Assembly (NCBI GenBank): GCA_937935255.1
Contig: CALGXT010000076.1
Span: forward strand, 1,658 to 65,657
Length of the DNA stretch: 64,000 nucleotides
Reading direction: 5' to 3'
From: an uncultured bacterium
GTDB taxonomy: Bacteria; Verrucomicrobiota; Kiritimatiellia; PWTM01
Position numbers and translations under genes: made by a program. Positions 47,648-56,354 of this stretch are shown one piece after another. Each line of letters begins with the position of its first letter. The first letter of the stretch is position 1. The notes under the pieces were generated by a model that saw nothing but the letters and a program-made list of their open reading frames with translations, ran no database searches and was not told where the DNA came from.

Positions 47648-48450
47648 GGAGACCCCGAAAGCCGCGCCGCCGGCCGCAAAGCGAACTCGCGGCGCAGCGC
47701 GGGCGTGATGGGCCGGCGTTTGAGCAGATGCCGAAGCCAACGTCGCCAGTTCGAATCGGGCTCTCGATGCTGCGTCGCGAAAAAGTTCCGGCGATTGAAC
47801 GTGTAGATGGCGCCATAGAAAGGCAGCGCCGAGAGCGGAACGCCTCGTCGGCTCATATCGTCGCGAATATACGCATGGGTGACGTATCGCCGAACGTAAT
47901 AATCCGACAGGTCCAGGGTGTCGTCGAGCCGATTCGGGAACGGCGCGACGGCCGCGCGGAGAATGTAACTCGACCCGCATTCGTGATAAAAGCGGCGTCG
48001 CCAATACAGCGCGGGCCGGGGATACTCATCCAGGCGATAGCCGCGATCGAAATACCAACCGTTCGCCCCGGCGTTCCGGTTCGTCCATTGCGCCAACCGA
48101 TTGCTGACCAGATCATCCGCGTCCAAAAACATGACGTAAGCGTCCGACAGCTCCCGCGCCGCCGCCAAACCGTGCAACAACTTGCGGCCTTTATCGGTAT
48201 GCAACAGCCAAATCCTGCGGTCGGGCGCGCATTGCGGGGGCAATTTCGGCGGCGGAAACGAAACCGGCACGAACTCGGCATTCTCGGGCCATCGGATTCC
48301 CTCGGGGCGCCGATGGCCGACCACCACCGCGCGGCAGGCCGCCCCCGTTTGAGCGCAGGCGGATTCCAGCGTGCGCTCGAGCAAGACGCATACGCCCGGC
48401 CAGTCGTCGGTCGTGGACTCGTCGCGCAGGGGAATGACGAAGTTCAGCAT
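47644..48450 (-). CDS. glycosyltransferase, GT2-like (putative)
   Basis: The ORF starts MLNFVIPLRDE and has an FLDADDLV DxD motif. The assignment is weaker than for its neighbours. Confidence 0.55.
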   Translation of the reverse strand: MLNFVIPLRDESTTDDWPGVCVLLERTLESACAQTGAACRAVVVGHRRPEGIRWPENAEFVPVSFPPPKLPPQCAPDRRIWLLHTDKGRKLLHGLAAARELSDAYVMFLDADDLVSNRLAQWTNRNAGANGWYFDRGYRLDEYPRPALYWRRRFYHECGSSYILRAAVAPFPNRLDDTLDLSDYYVRRYVTHAYIRDDMSRRGVPLSALPFYGAIYTFNRRNFFATQHREPDSNWRRWLRHLLKRRPITPALRREFALRPAARLSGSP

Positions 48451-49436
48451 GGCCGCTCGGCTTCGGAGGACGGCGGCGCGCGATTCGGCGGCCGCCCGGC
48501 GCGCGCGCGCCGGTAAAGACGGAACGCCAGAACGAGGGCGCGCAATTCGCCGATGAATTTCACGGGAATCCACCACGGATGCCGGAGATGAAAACGGGTG
48601 CGCACCTCGCGGAAAGGCCGGCGCGCCAGGTAGCTCGCACGGTCCCAGCCCCGCCCCCGGCGCAGCGCGTAATAATAATCCCCCACCCCATGCAGCGGCG
48701 AAGCGGAGGTCAAATGCGATCCGATGCTCCGCGTGCCGCCGGACACGGCGCGCAAGTGGCGGATTTCGGCGGACGGCTCGAACCGTATCCGCCCCCCCGC
48801 GGCGATCAGGCGTTTGGCGAACTCCGTCTCAAAGCGATACGCCACCGGCGGAAGGAAGTTCTCGTCGAAACCGCCGATCGCGAGCGCGCGATCCCGGCGA
48901 ACCGACAAGTTGCCCGCCATGACGTTTTCGACCCATGCCGGTTCGATGCCGTTGAAGCGGAATTCCAAGTCGCGGCGCAACGGCGAGGACGGACGGTCGC
49001 CGCGGCGGCGCCCGATTTTCCCGCCAACGCCGCCCGGCTCAGGGGTGTCGTCGTCTTCGGGCTGCAACACCCGACCGACCGCCGCCCACGCCTCCGGAAA
49101 TGCTCGATAGACGGCCCGATGGGCCGCCGGCAGATTCGGCGAAGGAAGGATGTCGTCGTCCAGAAAAAGCACGATCTCGCCGCGGGCCTCCGCCAATCCG
49201 CGATTCATCGCGCCGACAACACCCGGCGGCCGATGGCGAATCCAGCGGAGGCGTCCGGCGCGGTGTTCCTCCCTCAGCACGCGTTCTGTGCTCTCCGCGT
49301 GCCTGTCGGTCTGATCCACCACCAGCAGCTCGCCGGGCGCCGGAACGGCATCCAGCAATCGCCGGAGGGTTTCCACGAGCACGGCTTCCCGCCCGTAGGT
49401 GGGCACCACGACCGATACATTCTCGATGCGCGTCAT
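48444..49436 (-). CDS. GT2 family glycosyltransferase
   Basis: MTRIENVSVVVPTYGRE, LLVVDQTD and LFLDDDIL (DxD) are present. Confidence 0.8.
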   Translation of the reverse strand: MTRIENVSVVVPTYGREAVLVETLRRLLDAVPAPGELLVVDQTDRHAESTERVLREEHRAGRLRWIRHRPPGVVGAMNRGLAEARGEIVLFLDDDILPSPNLPAAHRAVYRAFPEAWAAVGRVLQPEDDDTPEPGGVGGKIGRRRGDRPSSPLRRDLEFRFNGIEPAWVENVMAGNLSVRRDRALAIGGFDENFLPPVAYRFETEFAKRLIAAGGRIRFEPSAEIRHLRAVSGGTRSIGSHLTSASPLHGVGDYYYALRRGRGWDRASYLARRPFREVRTRFHLRHPWWIPVKFIGELRALVLAFRLYRRARAGRPPNRAPPSSEAERPC

Positions 49437-49535
49437 CGCGGTTTCACCGCCCCGCCCTCCGCGAATCGTTCATTCCGACCGAATCCGCGGCGGCATTCCT
49501 CAAAGTCTCCGGGGATTTCAACACGAATTCCGCGC

Positions 49536-50243
49536 TCACCACAACCGCAGAGTCTCGATGCGCCATAAGCCCAACCGCTGATCGCGGCTATGCTCCCGCG
49601 GGCACCGCTCATCAATCAACCGCAGGGGCGGCGGGAAGTTGAAGGGCGGCGCTTCCAGATTCAAGGGCCGCCAGGCGCCGGTGGGATTATCCTCATTGGC
49701 CGTTCGATCCACATACGTCGTGGTCAGCAAGAAGGTCGCGCCGGAATCGCGAATGACCTTGAGCGCGCGGCGGATGTTGCGAAAGGAAAAGTGAATCAGA
49801 CAATCCCGGCAGAGGAGCAGATCGGTTTTCGGCAGGGGACCGCGGAGGAGGTCGAGACAAAGAAATTGCCGTCCGGGGCGGCCATATTTCCGCTGATTTT
49901 CGCGCACCAGGTCCTCCACGATATCGGCGCCGATATACTCCACATCCAAATTCACCCGGCTCATCCAATGGAAATCGCCGCACGGAATGTCAAGCAGGGA
50001 TCGGACGCCGAGATCCTCGATCAATCCGGGCAGACACTCCCGTAACGCCGCGGTCCGAGCCAGACTGGAGCCGGGGCCGGAGACGCTCTCCGGATCCCCC
50101 CAGCGGTTATGGCGATAAATGTCCGAGAAGACCCGCGCCGGGGAACGACGATCCTGAAGGGCGTATTTCAATGCCCGCCACCATGCCACGGCGGCGGGAA
50201 AGTTTTTTTTGATGCGCGCCCTGGCGGAGATCATTTCATGCAT
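49536..50243 (-). CDS. class I SAM-dependent methyltransferase
   Basis: A glycine-poor motif I variant (LLDIPCGDFHWM) and an acidic motif (YIGADIVEDL) are present. Length is 235 aa. Confidence 0.6.
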   Translation of the reverse strand: MHEMISARARIKKNFPAAVAWWRALKYALQDRRSPARVFSDIYRHNRWGDPESVSGPGSSLARTAALRECLPGLIEDLGVRSLLDIPCGDFHWMSRVNLDVEYIGADIVEDLVRENQRKYGRPGRQFLCLDLLRGPLPKTDLLLCRDCLIHFSFRNIRRALKVIRDSGATFLLTTTYVDRTANEDNPTGAWRPLNLEAPPFNFPPPLRLIDERCPREHSRDQRLGLWRIETLRLW

Positions 50244-51438
50244 CCTCCGACACCGTGCGTTCGCGCCCTGCCGCCAGATCGCGGAGCCGCTCCGCGATGC
50301 GCGGCCACGCGAATTCGCGGCGCGCCCGTTCCTGCGCCGCGCTTCCCATGGCCGCCAGCCGCTCGCGGGAGGCGCAGACTTCGCGAATGGATTGCGCCAG
50401 CTCCGCCGCGTCGCCCGGCGCCGACAGCCGTCCCGCGGAGGTGTTTCCCACCAGGTAGGGCAAGCCTCCGACGCGCGAGCCGATCAACGGCAGGCCGCAC
50501 AACAAACCTTCGATCCCCGCGACCGAGAGCGGCTCGGAGAGCGAAGGGACGCAGAGGACGTCCGACGCCAGATACAGCGTTCCCAATTCCGCGCGCGGCA
50601 CAAAACCCAGAAAACGCGCGTTCGACGCCAATCCCAGCTCCCGCGCCATGCGTTCATAACGCGCCTGCTCATTGCCGCCCCCGGCCAAGGTCAAGCGGCA
50701 TCGAAACGCGCCCGCCGATTCGGCCGTTGGGGAACACAAGGCCGCCAAGGCCCGCAGCAGCGCCTCGACGCCTTTGATCGGCTGAAGACTTCCGACGAAC
50801 AGGAGCCGGGCTATCCCCTCCGGCAGATAGGTCTCCGCCGCGCGCCGCGGCATCCCGGAAAGTCCGATTTCCGCCGGTTCGACGCCGTGCGGCACGACCC
50901 ACACCTTCCGCGCGCCGGCCGAGCGCGCCAGCTCCGCCATGTGGGGCGAAATCGCCTGCACCGCATCCGCGCGCCGATAGGCCGGACCGTTGACGCGGCG
51001 GTAGAACCACGTCAACTCCCGCGCGTAGGAGCCCGGCGGGCGATCGCGAATATCGCCGTGCGCGGTCAGTACGATCCGAAATCCGTGACGCCGCCGCAAC
51101 GGCGCCGCCGCCAGCGGCACGGAAGCGTGACCGTGGCACCAAACCGTCGAGATCGCGGCGCGGCGGCAGAGCGCTTCCAGCCCGCGCCGAGCGCACGCCT
51201 CGAACGCCAGGGCGTTGGGCACATGGCAGAACCGCCGCAAAAAATTCCAGCGCCGGGGCCGCAACGTGTGCGCGCAAAGATTCGGGTTGTCGGTTGCCGG
51301 CAGCGCAGCGGAGAACACGTGCACCTCGAACCAGCGGCTCAACTCCGCGGCGTGTCGCCAGGCCACCGCCCCCACGCTGCCGTGGCGGCAATTGGGCGCG
51401 AGGATCGCGATGCGGCGTCGTTGTTTGCCGGTCTTCAT
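50236..51438 (-). CDS. GT4 family glycosyltransferase
   Basis: The ORF starts MKTGKQRRRIAILAPN. The C-terminal motif is VLCVPSLSEPLSVAGIEGLLCGLPLI. Confidence 0.8.
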   Translation of the reverse strand: MKTGKQRRRIAILAPNCRHGSVGAVAWRHAAELSRWFEVHVFSAALPATDNPNLCAHTLRPRRWNFLRRFCHVPNALAFEACARRGLEALCRRAAISTVWCHGHASVPLAAAPLRRRHGFRIVLTAHGDIRDRPPGSYARELTWFYRRVNGPAYRRADAVQAISPHMAELARSAGARKVWVVPHGVEPAEIGLSGMPRRAAETYLPEGIARLLFVGSLQPIKGVEALLRALAALCSPTAESAGAFRCRLTLAGGGNEQARYERMARELGLASNARFLGFVPRAELGTLYLASDVLCVPSLSEPLSVAGIEGLLCGLPLIGSRVGGLPYLVGNTSAGRLSAPGDAAELAQSIREVCASRERLAAMGSAAQERARREFAWPRIAERLRDLAAGRERTVSEDA

Positions 51439-52400
51439 GACGAACCGCCGCGCCCGCGGCGCTCGGCGGCCGCCGTTTGCGCCCAACGGAGCGCGGCGCG
51501 CAGCGACCAGGGCCGCGCGCGCAACGCGCGCGCGAAATAGGAACGGGCCATCCCGGGATGCCGCGCGCGCAGACAACCGCCGATGAAATAGCAGCCCTCG
51601 AAATCATCGCCGGCGCCGTCGGCTCGGGAACGGCGTATTTCGGCGCTCAACGCCTCGGCTTTTCGCAAAATCGCCGTCTCGCCGCGCCCCGCCGCTCGCG
51701 CGGCCCGGGCCTGGCGAATCAGCGCCCGAAAGGCTTCCTGCCGCGCCCGGTGGCGGCCGGAGATGGATCGCGGAGAGACGCGGAATACATAGAGGAGGTC
51801 GGGGAGCGACGCCAGGGGCCCCCGCTCCGCCAGGCGCCCGACGAGATCCAAATCTTGCGCGAAGTAAAAGGCCGTCCGATACCCTCCGACCGCTCGATAC
51901 GCATCCGCGCGGAACAGCAGCGCGCCGTGCGCGCAAGGGGTTTTGCCGCCCTCCAGAATGTCGCGCCGCATTTGCGTTTCATCCGCGGGCGGGCGCGCCT
52001 CGAAGAGGTCATACCCTTCCGGGCTCCGCCACACCGCGCCGCACGCGACCAGTACGGGCGCATCGGATTTGCGCGCCCGCTCCCATTGCGCTTTCAGCCG
52101 GCCCGGCAAGGAGATGTCGTCCGCATCCTGCCGCGCGATCCAAGGCGCGCGGGCCATCGAGCAACCCTCGGCCAGGGCTCGCGTCAGCCCCGCATGGGCT
52201 TGGCGCAAAACCCTCAGGCGCGCGTCCCTGCCCGCCCAGTCGTCGAGGATTTTTCCGGAGGCGTCCGTGGAGCCGTCATCTACGGCGATGAATTCCAGCG
52301 GAACCCCCTCCTGCGACAGAATGCTCTCGATCGCCGACGACAAGGTTTCGGCGGCGTTGAAAACCCCCATGACGACCGAGACTTGAGGACCGCCGCTCAT
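51435..52400 (-). CDS. GT2 family glycosyltransferase
   Basis: VSVVMGVFNAAE, AVDDGSTDAS and RQDADDIS are present. Confidence 0.8.
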   Translation of the reverse strand: MSGGPQVSVVMGVFNAAETLSSAIESILSQEGVPLEFIAVDDGSTDASGKILDDWAGRDARLRVLRQAHAGLTRALAEGCSMARAPWIARQDADDISLPGRLKAQWERARKSDAPVLVACGAVWRSPEGYDLFEARPPADETQMRRDILEGGKTPCAHGALLFRADAYRAVGGYRTAFYFAQDLDLVGRLAERGPLASLPDLLYVFRVSPRSISGRHRARQEAFRALIRQARAARAAGRGETAILRKAEALSAEIRRSRADGAGDDFEGCYFIGGCLRARHPGMARSYFARALRARPWSLRAALRWAQTAAAERRGRGGSS

Positions 52401-53497
52401 GGGACCCTCGAATCCTGCGCCTGCCACAGCGCGCGCGCGTCCTCGATCCAGGAGGGCGACAAACCGCTTTTCGAGCGCCGTCGGAACGGCGCGCGTTCGA
52501 GCAGCAGACACAGTCGGCCGGCCGCGCGCCATCCGACGGCGCGCGCCAGTCTCCGAACCATCCGCCCCCCGCGGGTTTCACCGCCGGCCTTCGCCGAAAG
52601 GCCGAGCAGAGCGTCGGCGGCCGCGGACAACCCCATCGCTCCGACGCGCCGCGCGAGGGCGAACGCCCATCGCGCGAAATGCCGCATTTCCGGCGCGTCG
52701 CACGGAACTCCGGCGCGCCGCGCGCAATCGAGCAGCCGCGGCAGGAATTCGGCCTCTTGCGGCAGATAGCTCTCCACTGCGGCGCCCGTGATGCGGTGTC
52801 CTTCGTGATAGCGTTGGCAGGACAACGTCTCCGGAACAAAGACCAGCCGCGCGCCCAACGCGCCCGCCCGCGCATCATAGTCCCAATCCTCCGGCCGCGA
52901 AGCCCGCCAGGGGCCGATGCGGTCGCAAAGCTCCCGGCGATAGAGCGGCGTGTGGGTGTGCCACCAGCGATCCACCAGCAGCGCCGGGAAAAGCCGCTCG
53001 AAGGAACGACCGGTCCATTTGCTCGGTTCCCGAAGCTTCGCCCCGTCCGCGCCGATCAGCCGGGACTGACCGTACGCAATATCGCATTCCGGGTGGGAAA
53101 TCAGAGCGGCGACCTGCGCCTCGAACTTGCGCGGCAACAAAAGATCGTCGCTGTCGAGGTATTGGATGAATTCACCGCGCGCCAGCCGCCGGCCCGTCTC
53201 GCGGGCAAGCCCCGGACCGCCGTTTTCCCGCCGAACGGCGCGGACGATCTCCGGCTGCGCATGCTCCCATTCGCGAAGACGGTCCCACGTGTCGTCCGTG
53301 GAACCGTCATCCACCAAGATGATTTCGATGGGCCGATAGGTTTGCGCGAGGACGCTGCGCACCGCGTCGCCCGCCATCCATCCGCGGTTGAAGACCGGAA
53401 TGACGGTTGAAACCAATCCCGGCACGATGGACGCCGGCGCGAACGGCAGCGCTTCCGTCCGGCCTTCAGCCCCCGCCGAATATTGCGCGGTTTCCAT
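52397..53497 (-). CDS. GT2 family glycosyltransferase
   Basis: VSTVIPVFNRG, ILVDDGSTDDT and YLDSDDLL are present. Confidence 0.8.
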   Translation of the reverse strand: METAQYSAGAEGRTEALPFAPASIVPGLVSTVIPVFNRGWMAGDAVRSVLAQTYRPIEIILVDDGSTDDTWDRLREWEHAQPEIVRAVRRENGGPGLARETGRRLARGEFIQYLDSDDLLLPRKFEAQVAALISHPECDIAYGQSRLIGADGAKLREPSKWTGRSFERLFPALLVDRWWHTHTPLYRRELCDRIGPWRASRPEDWDYDARAGALGARLVFVPETLSCQRYHEGHRITGAAVESYLPQEAEFLPRLLDCARRAGVPCDAPEMRHFARWAFALARRVGAMGLSAAADALLGLSAKAGGETRGGRMVRRLARAVGWRAAGRLCLLLERAPFRRRSKSGLSPSWIEDARALWQAQDSRVP

Positions 53498-53500
53498 CGG

Positions 53501-54700
53501 CTACTCCGGAATCAGCCCGGCCCAGGCCGCCCATTCGCGGGTCGCCCGCATTCCCTGGTCCAAATCATAGGCCGGCTCAAATCCCAGCCGGCGGCGCGCT
53601 TTTTCGATCGAAACGCGCGCCGGCGACGCCATGAGCTCCAACTGTATCGGACGCGGAAGCCGCAGGGGGCGCCCCGGAGCGGACGGGGCGGCGCCGCCGC
53701 GTTTCATCCACCGATCCTTGGCCCGCTCCCAACGGGCGCGGGGAAGGAGGGCGCGCGCGAGCGCATACGCCTGCGCAAGCGCCGGCAAGGCCAGGATCGT
53801 CTGACGCAGGTCGCCGTCGGACCGAAGCCGGTGGATCAGCCGCCGAAACGGACGGGCGGATTTCGCCTGCGCGTTCAGCTGGGCGCGGACGCTCGCCGTG
53901 TCCATCGCGAGCAGGGACGACACGCCGAGCATCCGCTCATACGCGCCATAGAAATCCAGCCAGGTCGGCGGTTGTTCACCGGAAATCAGAAACGCCTCGC
54001 CCTCCACCGCCTCGGCAACCGCCGCGCGAAAGATGGCTTGAATCACATCGTCCAAATAGACGGCATTGCAGATTCCCTGTCCCCGCGCCGGCAGAACCAC
54101 AATCCCTTCGCGCAGCTGGCGGAGCGGGCCCACGGTCCATCCGGCGAAGGGCCCATACACCACGGTGGGCTGGAGGATCACCGCCGGCAACCCGTCTTCG
54201 CGCGCGAGCCGCAGCAGTTCCCGTTCGCCGGCCTGCTTGCCGGCGCCATATGGATCCGCGCCGGGACGGCGCGGCGCGCTTTCATCCAGCGTCAACGCCC
54301 GCACGGGGCCGTACACGGAAATCGTGCTCAGATGCACCAGCCGGCGCGCCCGGCGGCGGCGGACGGCGGCGGCGATCGAGTCGGCCATTTCGCGAGCCGC
54401 GCGGACGCGCTCCGCACGGTTTCCCTCCGCCGGATACGTCAAGTCCACGACGATATCGCCTTCCGAGATCGCCCGATCCAGGATTCCGGCGTCCCGAACA
54501 TCGCCGGAGACGATCCGGATCGGGAAGCGGGCCGCACGCGCCGCCTTCGAGAGCGTCCGAACCACGGCGACCGTCTCGACGCCCAATTCGCCGGCGAGCG
54601 CTTCGACGACACGGCCGCCGATCACGCCGCCCGCGCCCAGCGCCACGATCCGGGAACCGCGCAGCGCTTCGGCAACGGCGGACATCGCGAGCGCTCTCAT
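53501..54700 (-). CDS. NAD-dependent epimerase/dehydratase family protein
   Basis: The Rossmann motif (IVALGAGGVIG) and a YxxxK (PYGAGK) are present. The probable start is MRALAMSAV. Confidence 0.75.
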   Translation of the reverse strand: MRALAMSAVAEALRGSRIVALGAGGVIGGRVVEALAGELGVETVAVVRTLSKAARAARFPIRIVSGDVRDAGILDRAISEGDIVVDLTYPAEGNRAERVRAAREMADSIAAAVRRRRARRLVHLSTISVYGPVRALTLDESAPRRPGADPYGAGKQAGERELLRLAREDGLPAVILQPTVVYGPFAGWTVGPLRQLREGIVVLPARGQGICNAVYLDDVIQAIFRAAVAEAVEGEAFLISGEQPPTWLDFYGAYERMLGVSSLLAMDTASVRAQLNAQAKSARPFRRLIHRLRSDGDLRQTILALPALAQAYALARALLPRARWERAKDRWMKRGGAAPSAPGRPLRLPRPIQLELMASPARVSIEKARRRLGFEPAYDLDQGMRATREWAAWAGLIPE

Positions 54701-55719
54701 GCACCGGCTCCGATCAGCGGACGCTCCCATACCCCGGCGACGGTTCGCCGGCGGGCATAGGCCTCTTCGATCAGGCGAATGGTTTCCCGCGCCTCCTCGG
54801 CGGCGGCGATTTCCGCGGGTTGGCGGCGGATGGCCTTCAACCAATTCTCCGCTTGTTCTTCGAAAAGGGTCACCCAATCCGGCGCCGAGTCCATCGCTCC
54901 TTCGACCGTTCCGGCGAGTCCGGTCTTCGACCGCGAGGGGGTCAATGTTGCCCGATGGTTGAGGGGTTCAACGTCCAACGTGGCGCGGGAACCGCGCAGC
55001 ACGCACCGATTGCGGAGATCGCGCAGACGGCTCAGGCGGATCGTCCCTTCCGCGCCGCACAGCGATCGCACGCGCATCTCGCCGTCGGCCTCGACGCCGC
55101 CCGCGGCGTCATCCGCATATTCCACGAGCGTCAAATCGCCCAGCCAGCAACGCAGCATATCCAACACATGGGCGCCGGTATCCATGAACACACCGCCTCC
55201 GGCCGTCTCCCGGCGAAAAAAGAAATCCGAGGCCGCCGGCCAACGGTAAACACCGCCCTCCTCCACTTCAAACGCGGCAATATCGCCGAGCAGACCGGCG
55301 GACAGCCAATCGCGCACCGCGCGCACTGCAGGCAAATAGCGGCGCACCTGGGCGACCGCGAGGACGCGTCCGTTTTCGCGGGCCGCGGCGATCAGCGCGT
55401 CGCAATCGGCGACCGTGTTGGCGAGGGGTTTTTCCATTAGAACATGTTTGCCCGCGCGAAGCGCGGCGATTCCAATCGTGGCATGCAGATGATGCGGGAG
55501 CGCCAACACGACCGCGTCAACGCCATCCAGCATTTCTTGAAAATCGGCGACCGCGCGCGGCACGCCGAATTGCGCCGCCAAAATCCGCGCGCGCTCCAAC
55601 GCCGGATCGGCGAGGGCCGCCACCCGCGCGCCGGCGACCCGCCGCAAGGCCGGCAGATGGTACCGGGCGGTCACGGCGCCGCATCCGACCACCCCGATTT
55701 GAATTGAGTCCACGGTCAT
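54697..55719 (-). CDS. Gfo/Idh/MocA family oxidoreductase
   Basis: The N-terminal motif is IQIGVVGCGAVTARYHLPAL. The EKP motif (VLMEKPLA) is present. Confidence 0.85.
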   Translation of the reverse strand: MTVDSIQIGVVGCGAVTARYHLPALRRVAGARVAALADPALERARILAAQFGVPRAVADFQEMLDGVDAVVLALPHHLHATIGIAALRAGKHVLMEKPLANTVADCDALIAAARENGRVLAVAQVRRYLPAVRAVRDWLSAGLLGDIAAFEVEEGGVYRWPAASDFFFRRETAGGGVFMDTGAHVLDMLRCWLGDLTLVEYADDAAGGVEADGEMRVRSLCGAEGTIRLSRLRDLRNRCVLRGSRATLDVEPLNHRATLTPSRSKTGLAGTVEGAMDSAPDWVTLFEEQAENWLKAIRRQPAEIAAAEEARETIRLIEEAYARRRTVAGVWERPLIGAGA

Positions 55720-55846
55720 ACCACTGCGATTCCGGGGGCTGTTCCATCCGGCGCGGAAAACCCACCGCGAGCTTCCCCCTGTTGGTTGGACAGGCGGCGG
55801 GGTGATATAAGCAAAGATTCCATGCGCCATCAATCGTCCATATTAG

Positions 55847-56212
55847 CCTCCCTACGGCGGCCGGCGCTGGTACGACGCGGCCTCGCTCGCATGGCTGACC
55901 CCCGACCCCATCGGCGAGCGCGGCGTCAACCTCACCGCCTTCTGCGACGGGAACCCGGTGAACATCGTGGATCCGCCGGGGCTGGCGACGATGGATTTCG
56001 TTTTGGACTACGATCCGGAAAACGGATCAAATGTTGGCGGTTTTGCGCCGCTGTCCTTGGTGAAAAGCCCAAATGGATTTGTCGAGCGGGACGGATGTTC
56101 CCGATTGGCGGCGCTGGAGGCCGGCCACGGCGCGGGAGTCGGCTCACCGGCGTCGTGTGAAATCCGGCGATGTCGGCGGCGCACGCCTGACAGTCTTGTC
56201 GGAAGCCCGTAG
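55847..56212 (+). pseudogene. orphan C-terminal fragment of an RHS/YD-repeat polymorphic toxin (core-end DPxGL motif plus ~75-aa variable tip)
   Basis: An in-frame translation directly after a TAG stop gives PPYGGRRWYDAASLAWLTPDPIGERGVNLTAFCDGNPVNIVDPPGLATMDF... This aligns with the conserved Rhs core end (RYYDP..GRF...DPIG..GG.NLY.Y..NNPVN..DPLGL). There is no ATG and no upstream Rhs body. The tip region is about 50% GC against a background of about 68%. Confidence 0.6.
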
Positions 56213-56354
56213 CATGTGGGTAAAGCTTTGTAGCGTCATCCGCCGATGCGGCGTAGGAAGCCGGAGGCCTTCCGACAAGCGAGGTGAGCGGCGAGAGGTA
56301 TGCGCAAACCGTCGCGATCGGGACGGCGTCACATCAAATTCTCCGTCCCTGTCC

